DNA from: an uncultured Gemmatimonadaceae bacterium
Lineage (GTDB): Bacteria; Gemmatimonadota; Gemmatimonadetes; Gemmatimonadales; Gemmatimonadaceae
Direction of reading: 5' to 3'
DNA length: 64,000 bases
Assembly (NCBI GenBank): GCA_963817955.1
Contig: CAWFQK010000005.1
Span: 1 to 64,000 of the forward strand
The position numbers were made by a program, and so were the translations under genes. Below are positions 39,372-47,837 of the stretch, piece after piece. Below the pieces are notes generated by a model, which had not been told where the DNA came from, did no database searches, and saw only the letters and a list, made by a program, of their open reading frames with translations. Positions within the stretch are counted from its first letter, which is position 1. Every line of letters starts with the position of its first letter.

Positions 39372-39582
39372 TTGGACTCCGGGCTCTATTCTGGCTGGAT
39401 GTCGCTGGCTGCTCCGTAGCGGTCGGCCCACCGGTCGGCGAGTTTCGAGTTGCCAGTGATGAGTTATGCGTTGCGCGTTTTTAGAAACTCACAACTCACC
39501 ACTCACAACTGGAAACTCGAACCTCGCCGACCGGCGATAGTGGCCGGCGAGCCAGGCACCCTGGTGCGCACAACCTATACAC
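39372..39582 (+). repeat. dispersed hairpin element, copy E (interrupted by IS; remainder at 40973-41008)
   Basis: Matches copy A up to ACCTATACAC; TGACAACTCACCACTGA resumes after the IS. Confidence 0.88.
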
Positions 39583-40972
39583 TGTGAAGTAACGGGCTGA
39601 TAGGTGAGCAATTATCCGGGCTGATAGGTAAGCCTCGCATGGCAGCAGGGTGGTCTCTGGAGACCTGAAGCAATCCCCTCACGGGGCGGGAGTCAAAGGG
39701 AACGTCCAACGGACGTTCGGGACAAACCGATTGGTGGCGAGCAGAATCTCTCCCAGCTCGAGCGGTCCGTAGGCCACAATGAGGCGATCATCGTGCGTGT
39801 CGGTCAGGCGCACGTCTTCGCCGGCCAGGTTGTGCGAGAGCGAGTAGCTGACCTCGCGCACCTTGATCGCGCCGGCGCTGCTGACGCGGCGCACCACGGT
39901 CCCCTCCGGATAGCACATCGGGGGCAGGCGGCGCGGATAGGCCCGCGGCGAGCCGTGATAGTCCGCGCCCGGGGCGCGGTGCCCGGCGACGCTGGCGTGG
40001 GGCCGCTCGTCGTTGTATTCGCTGCGAAAGCGATCGAACCGGCGCTGCTGCGCCACGAACGAGGGCGCGGGCGGGTCCAGGGTGTGGGCCTTGAGGGTTC
40101 TGTGAAACCGCTCGTGCGCGCCGTTGGCGGCGGGCTGGCCCGGCGGCGTGTGCTCGGGCCGGATGCCCAACCGCACCCACCAGAACGCCAGGGAGCCGAG
40201 GCGGCCGATCGCGTTGGGCTGGGCGAATGGCACGCCGTTGTCCGTGCGGAGGACGTCGGGGAGCCCGTACTCGCGGAACAAGCGCTGGAAGCACTGGCGG
40301 GCCGTGGGGACCGCGGTACTGCGCAGGGCGGTGCAGCCGAGGAGAAAATGGCTGTGCAGATCCAACACGGTCAGGGGATAGCATTCGGGCCCGCCGCCTG
40401 AGAGCGCGAATTCCCCTTTGAAATCCGCCGTCCAGACCACGTTCGGGGCGGTCGCGGCGGTGCGCCCACTCGCCAGGCGGGCATGCGTCCGGCCGCGCCG
40501 GCGTCTTGAGTCGACCAGGCCGGCCCGTTTGAGCAGCGCCCCGATCGTGCTGGCGGCGGGCCACCGTCCTCCCGCCGGTTCGTGGAGCTGCAGCCAATCC
40601 CGCAGCTTCGCCGGCCCGTACAGCGGGTGGCGCTTCCGCAACGCGATGATGCGGGCGGCCATAGCGGGTGGCAGTTGGTGGCCTTGCCCATGTCGGGCGT
40701 GCGAGCGATCCGCGAGGCCAGCCGGCCCGTCGGTCGCAAAGCGGTGCAGCCACTTATGGCCGGTCTTCTCACTAATGCCAAATTCGGCGCAGACGGCGAG
40801 GAGCGACTCTCTCCGACGCATGCACTGTTGCACAAACGCCAATCGTTCCGACATCGGTGAACTCTCTTGCCAAGGCACGGACACCTCCCAGAAGATGTCC
40901 GAACGTAAGGCTGTCTCACCAAGCTCACCTATCAGCCCGGTTTGTGGCTCACCTATCAGACCGGTTTGTACC
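39583..40972 (-). mobile_element. IS481-family insertion sequence
   Basis: Two CGGGCTGATAGGTRAGC-type repeats at each end in inverted orientation; TGT at 39583; exact ends and TSD uncertain. Confidence 0.88.
39679..40878 (-). CDS. IS481-family DDE transposase
   Basis: GTG start (MPWQE) after GGAGG; WTADFKG, RTDNG, NGAHERFHRTLK. Confidence 0.93.
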   Translation of the reverse strand: MPWQESSPMSERLAFVQQCMRRRESLLAVCAEFGISEKTGHKWLHRFATDGPAGLADRSHARHGQGHQLPPAMAARIIALRKRHPLYGPAKLRDWLQLHEPAGGRWPAASTIGALLKRAGLVDSRRRRGRTHARLASGRTAATAPNVVWTADFKGEFALSGGGPECYPLTVLDLHSHFLLGCTALRSTAVPTARQCFQRLFREYGLPDVLRTDNGVPFAQPNAIGRLGSLAFWWVRLGIRPEHTPPGQPAANGAHERFHRTLKAHTLDPPAPSFVAQQRRFDRFRSEYNDERPHASVAGHRAPGADYHGSPRAYPRRLPPMCYPEGTVVRRVSSAGAIKVREVSYSLSHNLAGEDVRLTDTHDDRLIVAYGPLELGEILLATNRFVPNVRWTFPLTPAP

Positions 40973-41046
40973 CTGACAACTGACAACTGACAACTCACCA
41001 CTGACCACCCGTCGTCCCGCCCGCATCCAACCATTAGTTTCTCTTC

Positions 41047-41664
41047 ATGGCAGACGCTCCCGTCCCATCCCTCGCGCACGCGCGCGAAGCGAAGATCAAC
41101 GAGCTCTCGACGTATTTCACGAACGACGATCTGTCGATCGAGGAGCTGGAGCATCGGATCGAGCGAGTGTACCAGGCGGCGAGCGTCGCCGAGTTGGAGG
41201 CGATCACCGCGGATCTGCGCAGCAGCGTCGCCCTGCCGGCCACGGCGAGTAGCCGGGGGGCTGGTACATCGGTCGCCTCGAGTGAGGCGGGGAGTTCCAG
41301 ACTGCTGTCGCTCCTCAGCTCCACGCGCCGCGTCGGGCGCTGGCGAGTGCCCCCCAAGCTCGACATCGTGGCGATCATGTCGGACACGAAGATCGATCTC
41401 ACACATGCCGTGGTGCCACCCGGTGGCGTGGACATCAATCTGCGGGTGATCATGGCGTCGTTCAGGCTGGTCGTGCCGCCAGATATGCGAGTGGTCAACG
41501 ATACGCATGCCGTCTTGGCGAACGTGAGCAGCCACGCCGATGAGCTACCCCCGAACGACGCCTCCGCTGCGCCAATGCCGGTGGTTCGCCTGACCGGCTT
41601 CGCGTTGATGAGCGATGTCAACGTGGTCGTCCGACGCCGCGAGGACCCGGCGTACGACGACTAG
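41047..41664 (+). CDS. DUF1707 domain protein with LiaF-like C-terminus
   Basis: EELEHRIERVYQA...ELEAITADL; GRWRVP...DLTHA. Confidence 0.8.
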   Translation: MADAPVPSLAHAREAKINELSTYFTNDDLSIEELEHRIERVYQAASVAELEAITADLRSSVALPATASSRGAGTSVASSEAGSSRLLSLLSSTRRVGRWRVPPKLDIVAIMSDTKIDLTHAVVPPGGVDINLRVIMASFRLVVPPDMRVVNDTHAVLANVSSHADELPPNDASAAPMPVVRLTGFALMSDVNVVVRRREDPAYDD

Positions 41665-41716
41665 GGACACGAGACACGGGACAATTCGGTTTCACATCGG
41701 TGATCCCGCCCGGTCA

Positions 41717-42158
41717 GCGCTGAACGATGCGATGAAAGCGCTGAACGACGCGATGAAAGGGCTGTACAACGCGATGCAAGCGCTGAAATTCGCGATACCA
41801 GCGCCAAAATTCGCGATACCAGCGCCAAAATTCGCGATGCAAGCGCCAAAACTCGCGATACCAGCGCTGAAATTCGCGATGCAAGCGCCAAAACTCGCGA
41901 TACCAGCGCTGAAATTCGCGATGCAAGCGCCAAAACTCGCGATGCGAGCGTCAAAATTCGCGATGCAAGCGCTGTACGGCTGACCCTCAGCGTGTTTCGC
42001 TGACCCGATCACGTGTTTCGCTGACCCGATCACGTGTTTCGCTGACCCGATCACGTGTTTCGCTGACCCGATCACGTGTTTCGCTGACCCGATCACGTGT
42101 TTCGCTGACCCGATCACGTGTTTCGGCGGGCACATCGCGTGTTCCGATGACCCGTTCA
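41717..42158. repeat. two adjoining 21-bp tandem arrays
   Basis: 12 variant units GCGCYRAAAYTCGCGATRCMA, then 6 exact units CGTGTTTCGCTGACCCGATCA (41991-42116) and 2 degenerate units. Confidence 0.93.
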
Positions 42159-42219
42159 CGCCGTCCGCTCGCCTGAGCGGACATTCTGTCCATGTATTGA
42201 CCGAGCCCCGCGACCCGAG

Positions 42220-43210
42220 CTACTGCAGCGCTTCCTTCCGAAGCAGCGCTGCCGCTTCGCGTGCAAAGTACGTGATGATCACATCTGCGCCCGCGCGCCG
42301 AATGCCGAGCAGCGAGTCCATCATCACGCGCTCACGGTCGATCCAGCCGCGGTCGGCCGCCGCGTGGATCATGGAGAACTCGCCACTCACCTGATACGCC
42401 GCGACGGGGTAGCCGGTTTCCGACTTCACGCGGTGAATGATGTCGAGAAATGGTCCGGCCGGTTTCACCATTACCATGTCCGCGCCTTCTTCGATGTCGA
42501 GCAGCACCTCGCGCAGCGCCTCGTCGGTGTTCGCGGCGTCCATCTGATAACTGCGGCGATCCCCGAACTGCGGCGTCGATTCGGCGGCTTCGCGAAACGG
42601 GCCGTAAAATGCGCCGGCGAACTTGGCCGCATAGCTGAGAATGGGCGTGTTCGAGAACCCGTGCTCGTCGAGCGCCGCGCGGATTGCCGCGACGCGGCCG
42701 TCCATCATGTCGCTTGGCGCAATGACGTCGGCGCCGGCACGGGCGTGAGAGACCGCTTCGCGCGCCAGGAGCTCGAGCGTGGCGTCGTTGTCGACATCAT
42801 TGTCGCGGATCACGCCGCAGTGGCCGTGGTCGGTGTACTCACACAGGCAGACGTCGGTAATCACCACGAGCTCCGGCACCTCGCGCTTCAGCGCCCGCAC
42901 CGCCTGCTGCACCGGTGCGTCGTCGCTCCATGCCTCGGAGCCCGTCGCGTCCTTGCGATCGGGAATGCCGAACAACAGCACACCGCCAATCCCGAGCGCC
43001 GCAGCAGCGCGGGCGTCGCGGATCAATTCGTCCACTGATGTCTGATCGACTCCAGTCATCGACTGGACGGGCTGACGAATTCCCGTTCCCGGAGCGCACG
43101 AACAGCGGCAGAACGAGCTGGGATGGCTGGAGCCACGTTTCGCGCACCATGCGTCGTAACGCGGCGGTACGACGCAGCCGCCGAGGGCGGGAAATAGGAA
43201 AGGACGGCAT
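42220..43210 (-). CDS. hemB: porphobilinogen synthase, split by +1 frameshift near 43080
   Basis: N-terminal RPRRLR...LVLPLFV and body [19 protein letters not shown] lie in different frames; span 991 bp = 3n+1. Confidence 0.92.
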
Positions 43211-43233
43211 GATCGAAAGCTAACGTCTCGCTG

Positions 43234-44199
43234 CTACTCCGGCTGCGGCGCAGGAACTTGCTCGGCGCGACGGAGCGCCGCCAGAATCTCGCTCGCGCCG
43301 CGATGCCGCAATTCGTTCGCCAGTCGTACGCCGCTCAGTTCCGGCTGCTCGACGTCGAGGGCGATGGAGCCGCGCAGCAGTTGCTTGCCCTTCACGTCGC
43401 CAATGAAACCGTGCAGCATCGCGCCCTGGTCCGTTCGCACCACGAGCGCCCCGATCGGTACCTGGCATCCGCCCTCGAGCGCGGCAAGGAAGGCGCGCTC
43501 CGCCGTCGTGTCGATCCGCGTCTGCTCGTCGCCGAGCGGCGCGAACGCTTGACGTGCCACGTCGTCGTCACTGCGAATCTGAATGGCGATCGCACCTTGG
43601 CCGGCGGCCGGTAGCCACTGCGGCGCGTCGAGGTACGACGTGATGCGCTGTGAGACGCCGAGCCGGTGCAGCCCAGCCGCGGCGAGGACTGCCGCATGGA
43701 CCTGTCCGTCGTCCACTTTCTTGATGCGCGTCGGCACGTTTCCGCGCAGGTCCGCGATATCGAGATCGGGACGCGCCGCCAGCAATTGCGAGCGGCGGCG
43801 CAGGCTCGACGTTCCGACGCGAGATCCCGGCGGAAGTTCATGGAGCGTACTGACGCCGATGATGTCGTTGACGATCAACACATCGCGCGGGTCTTCGCGT
43901 TCGAGCAACGCGACCAGCTCGAGCCCCGGCGGCATCTCGGTGGGCAGGTCTTTCAACGAGTGCACGCAGCAATGGACCTTGCCTCTGGCCAGATCGTGCT
44001 CGAGCTCTTTGGTAAACAGACCCTTGGCGCCGATGGCGCTCAGCGATTCGTTGAGCCGCGTGTCACCGACCGTCTTGTACGTCTTGAGCTCGGAGTCGAT
44101 GCCGCGCTCGGTGAGCAACTGCTGCACCGTTCTGGCCTGTCGGAGCGCGAGCTCCGACATTCGGGTGGCGATGATGATCGGACCGTTGCGTGTGGGCAC
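43234..44199 (-). CDS. hemC: hydroxymethylbilane synthase
   Basis: KGLFTKELE, VHSLKD, GTSSLRR, LEGGCQVP. Confidence 0.95.
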   Translation of the reverse strand: MPTRNGPIIIATRMSELALRQARTVQQLLTERGIDSELKTYKTVGDTRLNESLSAIGAKGLFTKELEHDLARGKVHCCVHSLKDLPTEMPPGLELVALLEREDPRDVLIVNDIIGVSTLHELPPGSRVGTSSLRRRSQLLAARPDLDIADLRGNVPTRIKKVDDGQVHAAVLAAAGLHRLGVSQRITSYLDAPQWLPAAGQGAIAIQIRSDDDVARQAFAPLGDEQTRIDTTAERAFLAALEGGCQVPIGALVVRTDQGAMLHGFIGDVKGKQLLRGSIALDVEQPELSGVRLANELRHRGASEILAALRRAEQVPAPQPE

Positions 44200-44216
44200 G
44201 GAAGAAAGGGTGCGGG

Positions 44217-45377
44217 TCAGGGCTGCGTCGGCGCGAGATGGCGCGTGATTGCTTCCACTAGTCCAGAAATCGTCGACTCAAATGCTTCTACGGCTACCGT
44301 CAGACCGGCAGCACGCGCTGCGTCGCTCGTGACCGGACCAATGCTTGCCGCCGGCGCCAGGTGCGCGGCATCGTCACCGACGGCATCGACGAACGCCTTG
44401 ACCGCCGACGCCGACGTGAACGTCACGAGATCCGCGCCGCCATCGAGCAGCCGCGTACGAAGTTCCGCGGCGCCGGTTCCGTCGGGGGCGGAGCGATACA
44501 AGACGATCCGATCGACGACGGCGCCCAGCTCTTCCAGGCCGTCCTGAAGCGTTTCGCGCGCGCCCTGCGCTGCCGGGTATAGCATGCGCACACCGCGTAC
44601 ATCACGCCGGCCCCGCATGGCGTCGAGCAGCGCCTCGGCCACGAAGCGGTCGGGCGAGACGTCAACGGCAAGGCCCCGGTCGAGCAACGCCGCCGCCGTT
44701 GCCGGTCCCACGGCGGCGATCTTCACGCCGGCCAGCGCGCGCGCATCGCGCGATTCGGCGCGAAGCACGTCCCAGAAGATCTGAACCGCATTCTGGCTGG
44801 TGAATAGCACCCACCCATACTCGGAGAGCCGCGCCAGCGCTGCCCGTAGCTGAGCAGGATCCATCACTTCGATCCGCGTGGCCGGCATTTCCCACACGGT
44901 AGCGCCCTCTGAGGACAGCAGGCCACTGAGTGACGCCGCCTGCGAGCGCGCGCGCGTCACGACGATGCGCTTTCCGTGCAACGGACGTCGGGTGATGCCG
45001 GCCGTCACACCGGGAACGATTTCAAAACGAACACCGGCTCCGGTCAGCGCCTGCGCCTCCTCGCTGCCGCGGCCGAAGACCAGTGCGTCGCCGCCGTTCA
45101 GGCGTACGACGCGTTTCCCCTCCCGGCCGAGCCGCACGAGCAGGTCGTTGATGACGTCCTGTCGCGCCGATTCGGCCGCGTCTCCACGCGTGCCCACGTT
45201 GTGCATCTCGGCGGGAGTGCGGCGCTCATACGCCGAAGCGAGCGCGAGCAACGCAGGATTCGTCTGTGCGTCGTATACGATGGCGTCGGCGTTGACGAGT
45301 AGCTCGGCACCGCGCAGCGTCAGCAACCCTGGGTCGCCAGGTCCCGCGCCAACGAGGTAGACGATGCCCTCGGTCAT
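44217..45377 (-). CDS. hemD: uroporphyrinogen-III synthase fused to a truncated CobA/SUMT half-domain
   Basis: GAGPGDPGLLT...PGVTAGI joined directly to RRPLHGKRIVVTR; FTSQNAV, FTSASAV, SIGPVT. Confidence 0.88.
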   Translation of the reverse strand: MTEGIVYLVGAGPGDPGLLTLRGAELLVNADAIVYDAQTNPALLALASAYERRTPAEMHNVGTRGDAAESARQDVINDLLVRLGREGKRVVRLNGGDALVFGRGSEEAQALTGAGVRFEIVPGVTAGITRRPLHGKRIVVTRARSQAASLSGLLSSEGATVWEMPATRIEVMDPAQLRAALARLSEYGWVLFTSQNAVQIFWDVLRAESRDARALAGVKIAAVGPATAAALLDRGLAVDVSPDRFVAEALLDAMRGRRDVRGVRMLYPAAQGARETLQDGLEELGAVVDRIVLYRSAPDGTGAAELRTRLLDGGADLVTFTSASAVKAFVDAVGDDAAHLAPAASIGPVTSDAARAAGLTVAVEAFESTISGLVEAITRHLAPTQP

Positions 45378-45508
45378 TGCGACCGCGTCACTCCGTCGAG
45401 CCGTGCCCGCAGCTTGCGCGCCCGCGCCCACAGGGTCACGGCATAGGCGAAGTAGATGATCGCTGCGACCGCGTAGCCGGCGTAGTAGGAGCTGGTCGTA
45501 TCAGGCAT
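45374..45508 (-). CDS. ccmD: heme exporter protein D-like small membrane protein
   Basis: 44 aa, single TM (AGYAVAAIIYFAYA) plus basic tail; overlaps the ccmC stop. Confidence 0.7.
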   Translation of the reverse strand: MPDTTSSYYAGYAVAAIIYFAYAVTLWARARKLRARLDGVTRSQ

Positions 45509-46247
45509 CATAGGCTCCGTCGGCGTCGAGCGACGTAACGAGTTCGCGGAGAACCCCAAGGCGATACCGCGCTCGAATGAGCGCGACACAGAACAACGTG
45601 AATGCGCAGAACGCCAGCACGAACGTGATCAACATCTCCGACGGCAGCGACGGACGGTCCGGCTTGAGCACGACCGGCATGGGGTGCAGGCGCGCCGCGA
45701 AGAAGTAGACGCTCAAGTGAATGAACGGAATCAACAGCGCGCCCAGAATGCTCAACACCGCCGAGTAGCGCGCTCGCATCGCGGCATCATCGATGCCGTC
45801 GCGCAGAATGAGATAGGCAGCGACGATGAACCACAGGAAGAGCGTGAGCGTGAGCCGCGCGTCCCACCAGGCCCACCAGGCGCCCCAGATCTTGTGCGCC
45901 CAGATCGGGCCTGTGGTGAGTACAACGGTGAGAAACACGATGCCGACTTCGGCGCTTGCTTCCGCGAGACGGTCGGCGCGCTCGTCGTGCAACCACAGAT
46001 AGACAATCGACATCAGCGCGGTGAGCCCCACGGCGATGTACGCACTCAGCGCCGCGGGCACGTGGATGTAGTAGATCTTCTGCGCCGCGCCTTGCAGCGC
46101 TTCGAGCGGCGTGAAGTACATGGCGCGAATGTAGACGCCGATCACGGCCAGTACGGCAATGCCGAAGAACCAGTCGAACACCGGTTTGGGCTGGAGCGGC
46201 AGGTGCGCCGGCTCGACGACCGCGTCGCGGGAGTGGACAGATGTCAT
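45501..46247 (-). CDS. ccmC: heme exporter protein C
   Basis: YIHVP, TGPIW, WGAWWAWWDARLT. Confidence 0.93.
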   Translation of the reverse strand: MTSVHSRDAVVEPAHLPLQPKPVFDWFFGIAVLAVIGVYIRAMYFTPLEALQGAAQKIYYIHVPAALSAYIAVGLTALMSIVYLWLHDERADRLAEASAEVGIVFLTVVLTTGPIWAHKIWGAWWAWWDARLTLTLFLWFIVAAYLILRDGIDDAAMRARYSAVLSILGALLIPFIHLSVYFFAARLHPMPVVLKPDRPSLPSEMLITFVLAFCAFTLFCVALIRARYRLGVLRELVTSLDADGAYDA

Positions 46248-46939
46248 TCTTCGAGCGTGAAAGGAAACGCGAGCGTACACGCGACGATGAACACCAGATC
46301 GAACGCGATGAGGATCTTCAGGAACGGGACGGCTTCGGCAAGCGGACGGCTGGCAAGCACGCGAGTCGTCGCTTGCGCAGCATTCATCAGAATGGGAACA
46401 AAGAAGGGCAGACTGAGCATCGGCAACAGCAATTCGGCTAGCCGGGTGTTCACGGCCATCGCACTGAACAATGTGCCGACGGCAACGATTCCGACCATCG
46501 CCAGCAGCACGATGCCGCTGACGACCAGGAGCGGCCGACCCACCGGCAGGTTGTAGAATAGCGCCAATGCGGGAATGGCGACGGCTTGAATAGCGCAGAG
46601 GAACAGAAAATTCCCGAACGCCTTGCCGAGGTAGATCGCCTCGCGGCTGATCGGCGAGACGAGCAGCGCATCGATGCCGCGATCATGCTCCTCCAGTCCG
46701 AACGCACGCTGCAGCCCGAGAAGCGCCGAGAATGCCAGCACGACCCACAGCACTCCCGGCGCCCGCTCGGCGGGAGCGATCACCGATTCGTCCCACGAGA
46801 AATAGAAGATACAGAGAGCCAGCACCGCGAAGACGAGGGCCGAAAGAAACGCCGTGCGCGTACGGAACTCGATCGCCAGATCCTTCCGGGCCACGAGCCA
46901 CGCGGCTCCGAGCGTGCCAGGCGCGCGAAGCCCGCTCAT
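46244..46939 (-). CDS. ccmB: heme exporter protein B
   Basis: KDLAIEFR, PGVLW, LLLPMLSLP; between ccmA and ccmC. Confidence 0.92.
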   Translation of the reverse strand: MSGLRAPGTLGAAWLVARKDLAIEFRTRTAFLSALVFAVLALCIFYFSWDESVIAPAERAPGVLWVVLAFSALLGLQRAFGLEEHDRGIDALLVSPISREAIYLGKAFGNFLFLCAIQAVAIPALALFYNLPVGRPLLVVSGIVLLAMVGIVAVGTLFSAMAVNTRLAELLLPMLSLPFFVPILMNAAQATTRVLASRPLAEAVPFLKILIAFDLVFIVACTLAFPFTLEE

Positions 46940-47688
46940 ACGCCGACGCTCATCGAGATTCGCGACGCGCCGTCGTTGCCGATGACGAGCGCGCGATAAT
47001 CGGCGAAGTAGCGTCGCGGGTCGAGCGACGCGGCGGTGTCGTGACGAACCAGGCGACCACCGAGCATGATCGCGGCATGGGATGCCACGGCGAGGCCTTC
47101 GTCGACGTTGTGGGTGACCAGGAGCAGCGCGGCGCCCGCCGCGCGCAAGGTGCCGAGCATGTCCGTCAGCGCAGCCCCGCCGGCAGCGTCGAGGCCAGTG
47201 TACGGCTCGTCGAGTAGCACGACGCCTGGCCCGTGCACGATGGCTCGAGCGATCGAGACGCGCTGCTGCAATCCACGGCTCAGAGCGCGCACCGGCGCGT
47301 CGGCACGATCAAGGATACGCATCCGCTCGAGCGCGCGAGTCGCCGCGGCACCGTAGTCTGTCACGCCATACAGCCGAGCCGCGAATTCCACGTTTTCGCG
47401 GGCAGTGAGCGCGCGGTACAGCATGCTCTGGTGCGAGATCAGCCCCACCTGGGCACGTGCGCCGGCGTCGTCGCGCAGAGCACGGCCACCAACGTGCACA
47501 CTCCCCGTCGTCGGCCTGAGCAAGCCGGCGATGACGCGCAGCAACGTCGTCTTGCCGGCGCCGTTCGGACCGAACAGTGCCAAACAGTCGCCGGCAGCAA
47601 GTGAAAGGTCCACGCCAGCCACCGCTCGCCGTCGGCCATAGGTTCTGCTGACGCCGGAAACCTCGACCACCGATGGGGTTAGGGGCAT
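46936..47688 (-). CDS. ccmA: heme ABC exporter ATP-binding protein
   Basis: [27 protein letters not shown]. Confidence 0.9.
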   Translation of the reverse strand: MPLTPSVVEVSGVSRTYGRRRAVAGVDLSLAAGDCLALFGPNGAGKTTLLRVIAGLLRPTTGSVHVGGRALRDDAGARAQVGLISHQSMLYRALTARENVEFAARLYGVTDYGAAATRALERMRILDRADAPVRALSRGLQQRVSIARAIVHGPGVVLLDEPYTGLDAAGGAALTDMLGTLRAAGAALLLVTHNVDEGLAVASHAAIMLGGRLVRHDTAASLDPRRYFADYRALVIGNDGASRISMSVGV

Positions 47689-47741
47689 GCTGCAAAGATA
47701 AGCGATCCGCGGACAAGGCTTCGGCTGGCTATGAATTGACC

Positions 47742-47837
47742 GTTGCTGGTTGCCGGTTGCTCGTTGCCGGCTGCCCGTTGCACATTCCGGCGTACTGCGA
47801 GCAACGGGTAACGAGCCACCAGTCACCAGCGACCAGC
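47742..47837. repeat. degenerate inverted heptamer arrays (GTTGCYS)n ... (SAGCAAC-like)n
   Basis: 7-bp periodicity between divergent ccmA and acs. Confidence 0.7.

Noticed and set aside
40879..41535. 618-aa extended transposase
   Set aside because: The extension crosses the IS end and is antisense to the DUF1707 gene; RBS and GTG at 40878 mark the likely start
41717..42158. CRISPR array
   Set aside because: Units are contiguous with no unique spacers, and there are no cas genes in the window
41615..42193. Coiled-coil protein genes in the 21-bp arrays
   Set aside because: Several frames are open simply because of the repeat; no clear RBS or start supports one of them
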